Positions 10,490 to 23,671 of a stretch of DNA of 43,082 nucleotides are shown here, in pieces. Below the pieces are notes generated by a model. It was not told the DNA's origin and ran no database searches. It was given only the letters and a program-made list of their open reading frames with translations. The position numbers were made by a program, and so were the translations under genes. The DNA comes from Octopus bimaculoides (Eukaryota): NCBI RefSeq assembly GCF_001194135.2, contig NC_068985.1, forward strand, positions 118,680,695 to 118,723,776, given 5' to 3'. The number at the start of each line of letters is the position of its first letter. Position 1 is the first letter of the stretch.

Positions 10490-11196
10490 CACACATACAC
10501 ATGCACACAAACACACACATTAGTCATTTGTTTTCTTATCCAAAACTACGTCAAAAGTACTGAATGGATCTTTATGAAATTTGGAAATTATATTCTTTGC
10601 ATAACGGCCATAACTCCCATGAAAATTCATATATNNNNNNNNNNNNNNNNNNNNNNNNNNNNNNNNNNNNNNNNNNNNNNNNNNNNNNNNNNNNNNNNNN
10701 NNNNNNNNNNNNNNNNNNNNNNNNNNNNNNNNNNNNNNNNNNNNNNNNNNNNNNNNNNNNNNNNNNNNNNNNNNNNNNNNNNNNNNNNNNNNNNNNNNNN
10801 NNNNNNNNNNNNNNNNNNNNNNNNNNNNNNNNNNNNNNNNNNNNNNNNNNNNNNNNNNNNNNNNNNNNNNNNNNNNNNNNNNNNNNNNNNNNNNNNNNNN
10901 NNNNNNNNNNNNNNNNNNNNNNNNNNNNNNNNNNNNNNNNNNNNNNNNNNNNNNNNAGGAACATAGTTTACAATGAGGTGTTATAATCACAACAGCAAGA
11001 AAGTATGTACATGATCACCTTCTTTTACGAAACTTCATTGACTTTCATATATTTATATTGATATACATATATATACGTGTGTTTGGGTGCGTGTGTGTAT
11101 ATACATCTCTATATATAAAGATGATGCGTAGTCTAGACGGCGTTTTTAGATTTCATTATTCTCTTTAACCCGGGCAACGCCGGGTATTTCTGCTAG
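10490..11196 (+). mobile_element. Non-autonomous Helitron-like element (interrupted by a gap)
   Basis: 3' hairpin ACCCGG-GCAACG-CCGGGT (11168-11185), then CTAG (11193-11196) followed by T. The 5' part has the AGTACTGAATGGATCTTTATGAAATTTGG motif seen in invertebrate non-autonomous helitrons. Confidence 0.7.
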
Positions 11197-11369
11197 TATA
11201 TATATATATATAATACAAATGATATATGAGCTTATGCATGTATACATACATATATGTACATACCTACATTTACATGTATATATAGATGCATATCCGGGTA
11301 CAGGACGTCAAAAAACGTGGACAAAAAAGGAATGGGAACATAAAGAAAGCACAAAAAACAGACTTTTTT

Positions 11370-12180
11370 TTACGGAAACATGGGCCATGACTGCTGAGGA
11401 CATGCGTAGACTTAAAAGAAATGAAGCTAGTATGATCTGCTGGATGTGTAATGTCAGCGTGCAGACAAAATAGAGTGTGAGTGCCCTGAGAGAAAAGTTG
11501 GACATAAGAAGCATCAAATGTAGTGTGCAAGTGAGACAAATGTTCTGGTATGGTCATGTGTTACATATGGATGAGGACAGCTGTGTGAGGAAGTGCCACT
11601 CCCTAACTGTGGAAGGAACCTATGCAAGAGGTAGACCCAGGAAGACATGGAATGAGGTGGTAAAGCATGACTTTCAAATATTGGGTCTCACAGAGGCAAT
11701 GACAGGAGATCGAGACCTTTAGAGATATGCTGTGATTGAGAAAACCTGGCACCAGTGTTGCATGTCTGGCCCACTTAAAAGTACCCTTGATGTGTTGGGT
11801 GATATGATATGCATGAGAAGACCTGTTGAGTCAAGTAAAACCAAAACGAAAATCATAGCTGTGGCCAGTTTTCCCTGACTGGCACCATGCAAATATGGTC
11901 GATGCCAGTGCCCCCTGACTGGCTTCCATGCTGGTGGCAAGTAAAAAGCACTATTTGAACATGATCAATGCCAGTGCCCTCTGACTGGCTCCTGTGCTGG
12001 TGGCACGTAAAATGCACCCACTACACTTTTAGAGTCATTGGTGTTAAGAAGGGCATCCAGCTGTAGAAACATTGCTAGATCAGATTGGAGCCTGGTGCAG
12101 CTGCTGGCTTTCCAGACCGCAATCAAACTGTCCATCCCATGCTAGCATGGAAAACAGACGTTAAACGATGATGGTGATGA
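11370..12180 (+). mobile_element. RTE-clade LINE, 5'-truncated (ORF C-terminus + 3' UTR)
   Basis: EDMRRLKRNEASMICWMC...WYGHVLHMDEDSCVRKC...RGRPRKTWNEVVKHD, followed by a 3' UTR ending in GAT repeats. Confidence 0.9.
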
Positions 12181-12188
12181 TATATATA

Positions 12189-12260
12189 CAGGTCATCGTC
12201 AACTTACAGCCTATCTGACTTACGACTGATCGACCTTACAACGATTGGCGTGCCAGCTCC
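12189..12260 (+). mobile_element. pogo/Tigger-like terminal fragment
   Basis: TA + CAGGTCATCGTCAACTTAC with repeated CTTAC(A/G) subterminal motifs. The partner end was not found. Confidence 0.4.
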
Positions 12261-12554
12261 CAGCAGCAATAATGAATAGTCCAGCTGAAATCTAATGGGT
12301 TTAATTCCTTAGAAATTAACCTGTCTACAGATGATGTGAAGCTAACAAATGCTAGAAGGAAGACAAAGATGATATGTCAGAAGGTATTCCTAAGGTATAA
12401 GAAGCTGAACTGTCAAGTAAATCTGTGGTATTGAGCAGAATATTTGCTGTTACCCATCTTTTACACTAAGACAAAACATGTACATGATAACACTTCTAGT
12501 AAGTTAAGATCAGAAGCCATGAGAGCCACTGCCTGGTGTAGCATCTATTATTAT

Positions 12555-12850
12555 TATTTTCTCTCTATCACAGGTTCTGTTGGAGCTCCTGGAGTCTTGC
12601 ATGCATAGCGGACTTACTACCCGCAGCCTACAATACTATGCTATTTGTTCTTTTAAGCTATCTAATACTTTGCTGATTATTCTGGCTGTGCCAAGGAGGC
12701 AAACCTTTCGTAATAGTTCTACTGGGCACTCTATTCCAATTTCCTTTATATTCCCCTTGATGCCTTCTTATGCTGTCTCCAAGGACCCAACAATAATTGG
12801 TGCTATCTTCACCTTCATTTTCCATAGCCGGGCAATTTCGTACTTAAGAG
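12555..12850 (-). mobile_element. RLE-type (R4/Dong-like) non-LTR retrotransposon 3' fragment 1
   Basis: Minus strand EIARLWKMKVKIAPIIVGSLETA*EGIKGNIKEIGIECPVELLRKVCLLGTARIISKVLDS, then a 3' UTR ending at a short (TAA)n. Confidence 0.75.
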
Positions 12851-12857
12851 GGTTGTG

Positions 12858-13374
<517 letters not shown>

Positions 13375-13979
13375 TTACTATTATTATTATTGTTATTAAG
13401 GTGGCAAGCTGGTAGAAGTGTTAGTGCATCAAACACAATGCTTAGTGGCAGTTCTTCTGACTCTTTACATTCTGAGTATAAGAAAGAATATAAGTCAGAG
13501 GATTAAGAAAGTTGAATGGATAAGTCCTTAAGAGCATGTGAAGAAAGGGACAGCTGGTTAGAGATAGGATGAAAATGAAGGTAGTTCATGAGGAACAAGA
13601 GTAGAGGTGTAACCAAGGGTAAATATCAGTAAGGGGATGGGGTGGAAGATGAAAGGTATAAGTGTGGTTTGGGAAGGAGGTGATAAGTGGCAGTACAGGG
13701 AGGGTGGAGGACAGCTGTATAATAAGCCTTTAGATAGATCACTTTTTACTGGTTCTATGGCCTTGACAGTCTCATCTATGGTTGTACTCCTATCTAGTTC
13801 TGTTTTCTTTGGCCATTGTAGATGCAATAAGTTGCTGAGTCAAAAGCCATGTAGGTGGTGCTGAGAAGAGTATGGGATATACTGGCCTTCAGTTCACATT
13901 AGTTGCCCTCTATGAAGAACTGTTGTCCATCAGATGTGAGCAAAGGATTCTGGACTTAGTGTGAAAGGTTATACATAGG

Positions 13980-14415
13980 TACAGACATGGCTGTGTCGGG
14001 GCAGATGGGATTGTGTAGTACAACCACATGGTTCTAGGTTCAGTCCCACTGTGTGACACCTTTGACAAGAATCTTCTACTATAGCTGCAGGCTGGCCAAA
14101 GCCATGTGAGTGGATTTGGTAGATGGAAACTGAAAGAAGCCCATTGTATATTTGTATACATATACACGTGTGTGTGTGTGTGTGTGTGTGTTTGTGTCTG
14201 TGTTTGTCCCTCACTACCACTTAACAACTGGGGTTGGTGTGTTTACATTCCCATAACTTAGTAGTTTGACAAAAGAGACTGACAAATAAGTTCCAGGTTT
14301 AACAAAAAGAAAAAAAAATAAAGTACTGGGGTTGATTCATTTGACTAAAAATTTTTCAAGGCAGTGCTCCAGCATGGCCACAGTCTAATTACGGAAACAA
14401 GTAAATGATATAAGA
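13980..14415 (+). mobile_element. tRNA-derived SINE family A
   Basis: Head CATGGCTGTG...GGTTCAGTCCCACTG, central TG repeat and tail CAGCATGGCCACAGTC...GAAACAAGTAAA. Confidence 0.85.
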
Positions 14416-14419
14416 TTGC

Positions 14420-14815
14420 CTATAGAGCATCATAAAACTCTCTTAATCACCAATGCATGTGAAAAATTGATTTCTCTTTGTCAGGTTAGTCTACCATACA
14501 TTCTGAATCTTTTAAAAATCTGCTCTGGAAGTTGCTGCATACAAGAGCAAAAGGCTATTTTTTTTCTCTTTTCTTTTAGTACAAGACAGGTGAGTGAGGT
14601 GTATTTTGTGGCTAGACTTCGCAGCCAACAAGTCTTGGATCTCCAGGTTGTTTTTCATCACTCCAGTCACTGTTTTCTTTCTGAAAACATAAGACTAAGA
14701 TTTATTTTTCAGGAGAATTGCAACGTAGTGGTTTTTAAGTGTTCCAAAAGCACTTCTGAAGAGGTATCTGTGGGGAAGTCAGCATCCTCAAGCTTTGATT
14801 GAAAGTTCATTTGGA
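14420..14815 (-). mobile_element. RTE-LINE internal fragment (endonuclease-RT linker)
   Basis: Minus strand [31 protein letters not shown], then in a shifted frame DWSDEKQPGDPRL / NNLEIQDLLAAK, resembling the RTE DWFDENxxEIQxLL motif. Confidence 0.6.
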
Positions 14816-14849
14816 AATTAGCTTTCATTTAACTCACGCACCCCTGTGT

Positions 14850-15145
<296 letters not shown>

Positions 15146-16478
15146 GTATATACATGTTAATATAAATGAATAAACAAGAACAGATAGATAATGTGTCAAT
15201 TCACTGCAGTTGTTCTCAACGAATTTTTTGTTGATTAATGGAGACATTACATCAATAGGAAAAAAAAAACATTTTCATCACTTGAATCCTGCTCTACAAA
15301 CTACAGAATAGATCATTACACTGCAAAATTAAAAAAAGAACACCAAATGCATTGCACTGAACCATGAGCTAACAGTCTCAAACTGAAACATGCCTTATCA
15401 TCAGCATACCACAAGCATGCATACACACACTAATAAGCTATTAAGAATCAGTTTTATTTACAAATATGATAGCAAACCTAAAAGTTGCAAAGTTCATGAC
15501 TGCAACTGTTTTTTTTTTTTACCTTATAAATATGAGACTTTGTCACGAGTTCACCACACACTTACAATTAGGTACAATAGTAATGTACTTCATCATGCAA
15601 CACCATGACAAACTTGATAACAGCAATAAATAGGTGAAGGCATGACTCTGTAGTTAAGAAACTTGCTTTGTAATCATATACTTATGGGTTCAAACCTACT
15701 GCACAGCACCTTTCACAAGTGTCTTCTAATATTGCCCTGTGTTTACTTGCGACAAACATGATCATTTTTATTAAACTTTGTTTGCAAGTAATAAATGACT
15801 GTTCTGTACCGTACTATACAATAGAGTAATAGCTTAGCACAATATTAACATGAACACACACACACACTCACACAACTTGCTCTAGCCACATTTGAAAAGC
15901 CCTCATTATTTATTAAAACATAAAAAAGGTTAATGGTAAAAAAAAAATTACAATTTCAGCAAGTAGCCGATCCTGTTTCAGCTGCACAATATAAAGTGAT
16001 CGCAATACTTGTCAACACCAAATACTTCAGCCTGAAGATGTGAATGTGAAAGTCTAGAAACATGGATGGATTTGCGAATTTTTACTCTTTCAAACAAGCT
16101 ATAAGTTACTCAAGAAATTGTGAGAAAAAAAAATTTTTAATAAAAAAGATATACCTAGAAAACAGTCATGTTTTTAATACGTCACAGAGATATATTATAC
16201 ACGCACACACACACACACACACACACAAATNNNNNNNNNNNNNNNNNNNNNNNNNNNNNNNNNNNNNNNNNNNNNNNNNNNNNNNNNNNNNNNNNNNNNN
16301 NNNNNNNNNNNNNNNNNNNNNNNNNNNNNNNNNNNNNNNNNNNNNNNNNNNNNNNNNNNNNNNNNNNNNNNNNNNNNNNNNNNNNNNNNNNNNNNNNNNN
16401 NNNNNNNNNNNNNNNNNNNNNNNNNNNNNNNNNNNNNNNNNNNNNNNNNNNNNNNNNNNNNNNNNNNNNNNNNNNNNN

Positions 16479-16525
<47 letters not shown>

Positions 16526-16526
<1 letters not shown>

Positions 16527-17408
16527 GTGGTCTGATCAAGAAGTATTCAGACTGTTGCCATAGTAATGAAGCTAAAGTATGCAGAGTGAAGCTGATTGGC
16601 ACAAATTGACCTTGAACTCTGCAGTGCATGTGCACTAAATTTTAACATTCTAGCTCATTTCCATTTTTTTACAGCAGTGCTTGGAAGGAAGGTATGTAGC
16701 ATGTGATCGTTTGACCATGACAGAGAAAGTTGAGTAGAGAATCTGCATTAAATTTTGCCAAAAGCTTGGCCATAGCTGCTCAGAGGCCTACACAAAGTTT
16801 TCAAAAAGTTTTCATTGTTCTCAACACAATCAAAGAGATCTTGTACAACTGAAACCCGAGTGTCTTTTTGGTCAGTTGAAAGCAGTTTTGGCACAAACTT
16901 GGCAGACACACATCTCATACCCAAATCTTCAGTGATAATGGAATGAACTGAGCCATAACTAATCTGCACATCCTCTGATAACTCATGGATGGTGATTCAA
17001 TGATTTCCCCTCATAGCTGCACACATATTTTTCTCTGTTCTGCTGGTTGTGGGTCTCTCAGAATATTCGTCAATATCAACATTTTTTCAGCCATCTTGGA
17101 AATGTCTGAACCACTCATACACTCGTGTGCAGCTCATGCACTCCTCTTCATACACTTTCTGAAACTTTGCATAGGCCTCTGAGCAGGTATCGCCATGACA
17201 ACTTCCTCTGTCATGGTCAATGTGACAATCACATGCTACACACCTTCCTTCCAAGCACTGCTGTAAACAGTGAAAATGAACTGGAATGTTAAAACGTAGT
17301 GCGCATGCAGAGCAGAGTTCAAGGTCAATCTTTGCCAAATGGCTTCACTCTGAGTGCTTTAGCTTCATTACTATGACAACAGTTCAGATACTTATTGATC
17401 AGACCTTG
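16526..17408. mobile_element. Non-autonomous mariner derivative with the 5' end duplicated in inverted orientation
   Basis: TA at both flanks (16524-25, 17409-10). The 52-bp terminal inverted match extends inward ~270 bp. Both arms carry the transposase start (+: MTEKVE*RICIKFCQKLG; -: ...CSEAYAKFQKVY...WFRHFQDG, ...SAKFVPKLLS). No catalytic domain. Confidence 0.9.
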
Positions 17409-17451
<43 letters not shown>

Positions 17452-17464
17452 ATATATTTATATA

Positions 17465-18351
17465 GAGGGTGCAGTTAATAAACTGTTATCTAACTTACAC
17501 AAAAATGAAAATAACACTGACATCTCATTTTAACAGATATATTTACCAAAGTTACATATAAATATCTTGAAATACTAAAGAGTAAATTTATTCTATAATA
17601 TTGCTATTGACTTCAATCAAGGCCTCCAGATGACTTTGGAATCTCCTGAAATTCTTCTGGACAGTCTCCTTGTTTAAGCTGGTGAATGCTGCCATAATCC
17701 TTGCCTGCAGTTCATCTTTGGTGTTACAAAGAGTTTTGTTGGTCAATCGCTCAACTGTGTCCCACACATGATAATCAAGGGGATTGCAGTCTGTGGGGTT
17801 AGGTGGCCAGATGTTAGGGGTAACGTGGTCACAAATTATCTGACAGCCATGACTGGGTTCTCCTGCTTGTGTGGAATGGTGTAGAGTCCTATTGCTAAAC
17901 ATAGGGTATTCCAGTAGCCACCCTCTTAACCGAGGGCAGCACTACTTCCTCCAGGCACTTGATGCATGTCTCTGTGTTGAGTCTGAGGCCGTGTAGGAAG
18001 ATGAATGGAGGCAAAACGTCACCATCACTAGTGCTCAATCCAAACACCATGATGTTGACTGGATGTTTGATTTTTATCACTGTTGGTACATATCCTCAGA
18101 TTGCACTGTCCTCAGATTGATTCCCAAACACTCTGAAATGTACATATTGGAGCTTCTAGCATGAATGCAAAGTAGTACAGCGTGTTGTTTCCAAATCTCT
18201 GTCAGAGAGAATTGCATCATGGTGCTGTTTTTCTCACAAATGGTGACCAACTGACACTACTTTACTGTGTAACTGACAAAATCAAAAACAAACAATGTGC
18301 ATGCACAAAATTAAAAGTATAGAATGGTGATAATTTACCCATTTCACCCTG
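17465..18351 (-). mobile_element. DD37D (maT/mori-type) Tc1/mariner element, internally deleted
   Basis: TA-flanked ends (G/C)AGGGTG. Minus strand reads KHPVNIMVFG...DSTPFH...WPPNPTDCNPLDYHVW, giving 37 residues between the last two Asp after correcting one frameshift. Confidence 0.85.
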
Positions 18352-18382
<31 letters not shown>

Positions 18383-18599
18383 ATGTATAGCTCAGTGGTA
18401 TGTATATTTATACATACATGCATATATATGTGTGTGTGTGTATATATATATGTATATACGTATGTGAAAATACTTCGAGGTTAAGAAGTTAAGTTATCTT
18501 GGGAAGGTGTCTTCTACTATAGCCTTGGGCTAACCAAAGCCTTGTGGGTGGTTTTGGTAGATAGAAACTGAAAGATATCTGTTGTATATCTACTACATA

Positions 18600-19438
18600 T
18601 GTAGGAAATTCTGTCTGTGGGTGTGTTTGTGGAGTTGTTAGATAAATCCTCCTACATCATTTTATCGATTTTGATGAAGCTTGACAGGTGAGTAGAACTC
18701 ATGTCTGGAAACCTCATGCTATACTCAAATTGTTGAAAAAGCAATAATTGGGCCCCTGAAAGGGATCCTTATATATATACATCTAATGTATTTCATTTTA
18801 ACAGTCAAGGGAAATAACCCATTCATTTTCCTAGATCATTTGGTATAAATCAAATTGAGTATGCTTATTTCTTAATATTTGAACTGTTGGAGTTATTGTT
18901 GCAATTTATCCAATACAACCCTTAAACAAGTAGATAGTATTTTCCTAAACAATAGATCCACTTATTTCAGTTAGTGACTTATTCACAAATATACCAACAC
19001 TAGCGCCACTGAGGGTAGTATTCTCTGGGAACGCACAAAAGCCCTTTTCAGAGTTCTCATATCTGATTAGCCTGTTATTACATAACATGCTTCACGATTT
19101 TAGTATATATACCTTATCAGTATTTCCTCCTGAGTTCTATATACCCTGGGAACGCATTAAAGCCCTTTTTGGGGCTACTTTATTTGAATTCTTACTATTG
19201 GGTAACTAATTTCATGTTATTACATAACTGACTTCACAATTTGGGTATTCATAACTTATTGGGAAATTCTAAAAACAAGGTCTTGTGAAAGACAGTTCAG
19301 TATTCTCTGTAAATATACAAAAACTGTTTTAAGAGCTACATACTTTGTATTGTTGTTATTGGATTAGTGAAACAATTATGAAAACGGAACCAAGGGATAA
19401 GCCCTGCTTTTCCAGGAATTACCGGACACGTCAGCTAG
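18600..19438 (+). mobile_element. Non-autonomous Helitron-like element with internal direct repeats
   Basis: 5' CTGTCTGTG...ATCGATTTTGATGAAGCTTGACAGG and a 3' imperfect hairpin TCCAGG-AATTA-CCGGA, then CAGCTAG|T (CTAG 19435-19438). Confidence 0.6.
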
Positions 19439-20202
19439 TATATATATATATATATATATATATATGCGTGTGTGTGTGTTCATCCTCCACCACCGTTTGA
19501 CAACCAGTTTGTCTCTTTTGCCAAACTTAAAGATTTGACAAAAGAGCACAACAGAAAAAATACCAAGCTTTACAAAAAAATTAGTAAGTACTGGGATTGA
19601 TTTGATTTACATGACTAAAATTCAAGGTGGTGCACCAGCATGATCACAGTCTAACGACAGAAACAAGTAAAAAATAAAAGATAATAGATGTTACACGTAT
19701 CTTACCAAAGAAAAGTAATGTTAGAGATAAGGCATGAGAATCCAGAAGAAACAAGAGGAGGGCGGTTTAGACCAACATAACTGAAAATAATACAGAGAAA
19801 GCGATTAGTAATCACATGTATGTAGTGGAAGATAAGGCTCTTGACAGGAATAATTATATGAAATTGGAGGCCGTATTAAGTAGAACATCCATATTTATGT
19901 GTGTGTGCATATGCATATATATTATAAAATTTGTTTTGCCTGGGGTTTTAAGTTTTATTTGACTGCTTATTTAACTGGTCGAATAAGGTGTTGAATGAAA
20001 ATAATCCCAGTCAAAATGAATTTTGCAATGAATCTGACTCTTTCAATATTGAGTCTCCTAATCAGAAAATGTTCCATTGTTTATTTTTAAATTGATTTAG
20101 AATAACAACTTTAATTTAGCATGCGTGTGCACACACATACACACGCCTGTATATGTGTGTGTGTATGCGTGTGCACACATGTACACACACCTGTGTTTGA
20201 CA

Positions 20203-20435
20203 GGCGGCGAGCTGGCAGAAACGTTAGCACACCGGGCGAAATGCTTAGCCGTATTTCGTCTGCTGCTACATTCTGAGTTCAAATTCCGCCGAGGTCGACT
20301 TTGCCTTTCATCCTTTCGGGGTCGATTAAATACGTACCAGTTACGCACTGGGGTCATATAATTTACTTAATCCGTGTTTGTCTGTCCTTGTTTTGTCCCC
20401 TCTGTGTGTAGCCCCTTGTGGGTAGTAAAGAAATA
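20203..20435 (+). mobile_element. SINE family B, apparently young copy
   Basis: GGCGGCGAGCTGGCAGAAACGTTAGC...TTCTGAGTTCAAATTCCGCCGAGGTCGACTTTGCCTTTCATCC...AAAGAAATA with CpGs retained. Other copies at ~13397-13480, 29400-30440 (-), 32480-32620 (-), 39470-39705 (-) and 39990-40470. Confidence 0.9.
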
Positions 20436-20470
20436 ACACACCTGTATATTTGTGTGTGTGTGTGTGTGTG

Positions 20471-20770
20471 AAGGCATGTGGCTTAGTGGTTAGGGTATTC
20501 AGCTCATGATTGTAAGGTTGTGAGTTCAATTCTCAATGATGAGTTGTGTCCTTGAGTAAAACACTTTATTTTACATTGCTCCAGTCCACTCAACCAGCAA
20601 AAATGAGTTGTACTTGTATTTCAAAGGGTCAGCTTTGTTACTGTGTCATGCTGAATCTTCCTGAGAACTATGTTAAAGATGCATGTGTCTGTGGAGTGCT
20701 CAGCCACTTGCATGTTAATCTTACATACAGGCTGTTCTGTTGATTGGATCAATGCCTTGTGGATGAATTC
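20471..20770 (+). mobile_element. tRNA-derived SINE family C
   Basis: Head GGCATGTGGCTTAGTGGTTAGGGTATTC...GAGTTCAATTC (A/B-box like), then GAGTAAAACACTTTATTTTACATTGCTCCAG. Related copies at ~32200-32420, 35593-35830, 36150-36400 and 37880-38090 (-). Confidence 0.8.
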
Positions 20771-21417
20771 GTTTGATGGAAACTGTGTGGAAGCCTATTG
20801 CATATGTGTGTTTTTTTTTGTTTGTCCTCCTCCCACTTGACTACTGCTACTGCTTTTTTTCATGTCCCCATAACTTAGCAGTTTGGTAAATGAGACCAAT
20901 GGAATAAGTTCCAGACTTAACAAATAATTCACTGGAGTTGATTTGTTTGACTAAAATTCCTTCAAGACAATTTCCCCAGCATGACCATAATCCTGTGACT
21001 GAAACAAGTAAAAGATAAAAGATGTGTGTGTGTGTGTCTTTGTGTCTGTGGCTGTCCCCCCACCATCGCCTGACAACCAGTGCTGGTGTGTTTACATTCC
21101 CATTACTTAGTGGCTCAGCAAAAGAAATCGACAGAATAAGTACTAGGCTTTAAAAAAGTACTGGGGATTGATGATTCATTCGACTAAAAGTCTTTCAAGG
21201 CTGTGTCCTAGCATGACCGCAGTCTAATGACTGCATGTAAAAAGCACCCACTACACTCACAGAGTGGTTGGTACTAGGAAGGGCATACAGCTGTTGAAAC
21301 ACTGCTAGATCAGACTGGAGCCTGGTGCAGCCTCTTGGCTTCTCAGACCCCGGTCGAACTGTCCAACCCATGCTAGCATGGAAAACAGACATTAAATGAT
21401 GATGATGATGGTGATGA

Positions 21418-23621
21418 CAGTGGTGGGTACAGCTAACCAAAAAATTAGCTTTGCTAACCGCTAGTTTGCTTTGCAATTGCTAAACCACTAAACAAGTAAA
21501 AAAATTAGCAGAAGCTAATGCTAACTGATAACCGCGAACTTTTATCATATGAATTTAGTTTCGGCTTGGTTTTTCAACTCTAAACCCCTTAAAAACAGAC
21601 CTAGAGAATTGAAATTTTCATGTAGCTTAGAAAATAGAGCTTTCCAAAAAGGTATAGCATGCCAAGATCAGGTGTACTACTCTGGCTGGGCCTTCTCCAT
21701 TGCCTCAACGTGATGCTGGTTGCCCTTCATAAACATCAGCCTTTCAAAGTTACCATCTGACAGGGTTTCTCTCTTGGCCCTCAAAATGTCTTTGCCTATG
21801 GAGAATAGGCACTCAACTGCAACACTTGATGAGATGGAAGTATTATACTTGGTGAACATGTCGATCAAGACCTGGTCTCCCAAAAAGGCGACTTCAATCA
21901 AGACCTCCTTCGAGCCAGGTCTTCACCAAGTTCTGCGCTTTGGATTTCAGTGACCTGTAGCTCCTGCTCTCCCGGAACTGAGTGATGTTGCTGAAGAAAT
22001 CATCTTCCTCATCCTCATTGCTGATGGTTCTGCTGTCTTCTTCATTGGTCTCCATTAGGGCTGTCTTTCTGGTATTCATTACTCTGTTAACCTGTTATTA
22101 TACTGCTCTAACCAGAACAGGTGAAACTTGGGGTGGAAAGCAGCAGCTATTTGGCATTCCATGTCTTCTAGGAGGAGCCTAAACCTTTTCATGATGTCTT
22201 CCAGTATCGCATCTACCAGGGGAGTGCAGTACAGATGTTTGAACTTGGCCTCCTTCAACTTCATGACGGTAGGCGCTACAGTTGACAGAAGGCTCCAGAG
22301 ATAAGCCTGCTCCTCTCCCTGGATTTTATCCAAGGCCTTGGCAACATTAGATATTGTCTGGGCATACTCCATCAGGAAGCCAGCATCAGAATCAGTGAAA
22401 GTCTGCAGCTTCAGCTGTGTCATCACCTTGTGGACAGCTCCCCTATTCTTCTCCAACAGGTTGTTGAGAACAATAGAATCACAGGTAGATTTCCATCTGG
22501 TACTGTTTGGGGCCACCAACCTCCTCTTCAACGCATCCAGAATGCTGTCTGCTGCCACTGTGCTGCTGTGTCTTGGATATGGCCTTCCTGTAGGCTAACT
22601 TGAATGAAGTGCTGTCAAGAGCCTTGTTGGCATCCATGCATGTGCACTGGCAGGTTTAGGCCCAGACCGCGAGACTTGTCAAGGATGGTATCAATAGAGA
22701 TGTACTCAATTTCGTCCACATCTTCAGCCTCAGGATCCACATACAAGTCCGCATCCTTGGCTCCATCCACGTCCAGATCAGCAGCAGCCTCAGGAATGTC
22801 TGGCAAGAGTTCAACTTCTATTCCAAACTGCATAAATGCCTTAACAAAGCTTTTGCTATTGTCTGTCAACAGGCCCTTCATCCTCAGGTCGAACAAAGAC
22901 ATCTTCACCTTCCATAATGATAAGCAATAACTTGATAAGTGTCATGTGACAACTTGCTGGGGCAGCCTGCTGGAGCCTAGCAGCAGGTATAAGAAGGGGA
23001 ATTTGACAAGACAATCAGTCGGACGCTGACACTCGTTGATGCTGCATCGAAGAGGCCAGGGAATAGAAGAAAGAAGACATGCACCCAACACCAGAGCTGA
23101 AGACACCTCCGAAAGGGGGGGCCCCGCCACGTCAAAACGGTAGAGAAGTAGGGGCCAAAACCGGATGTGATTCCTCCTGATGATGTCTTGAGCTGACTGG
23201 ATCCTATAAAGGAGCTGTTGCGGTAGCAGACCACGAAACATGGTTGAAATTCCTCAGCTGATAAGGTACACTACTCTCACTGACACTGTAACACTGTCTG
23301 TAATGTGACAATGTCGTTAGTGAACACAACTCAAAACTGTAGAATTACACAATGCTGCTTAGCTAGTTACTGCTGCGTTGAGCAACTACGTCTTGTCACA
23401 TGTACACATAATCAGCCAGTAGCGTGCCTGACAGACTCTTCAAGACTTGCCCACAACAGATGGGAACAAAATGTATGAATTTTGTTAGTGTGCTTAAAGT
23501 TAGTGGAACTAAATTTAGCAGAAGCTAATGGCTTCCAAAGTTTTTGAAAATGCTAATTTGATAAACAAGAAGTTAGCTTTGCTAATTAGCTGTTAGTGGA
23601 TGAGTGGAACTGTACCCACCA

Positions 23622-23624
<3 letters not shown>
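21418..23624 (-). mobile_element. hAT-superfamily DNA transposon with a fragmented transposase
   Basis: Perfect 15-bp TIRs CAGTGGTGGGTACAG (21418-21432 / 23610-23624). Minus-strand ORF pieces: LTDNSKSFVKAF, PNSTRWKST, EAYL/QAYLWSLL, AAAFHPKF and the hATC dimerisation motif NTSISSSVAVECLFS. No 8-bp TSD match is visible. Confidence 0.92.

Positions 23625-23671
<47 letters not shown>

Noticed and set aside
14580-14589. 10-nt microexon candidate (TTTTCTTTTAG|TACAAGACAG|GTGAGT) in IQCK intron 1
   Set aside because: It would frameshift IQCK and lies within an antisense RTE fragment, so it is likely a chance signal. At most it is a poison-exon candidate with no evidence.
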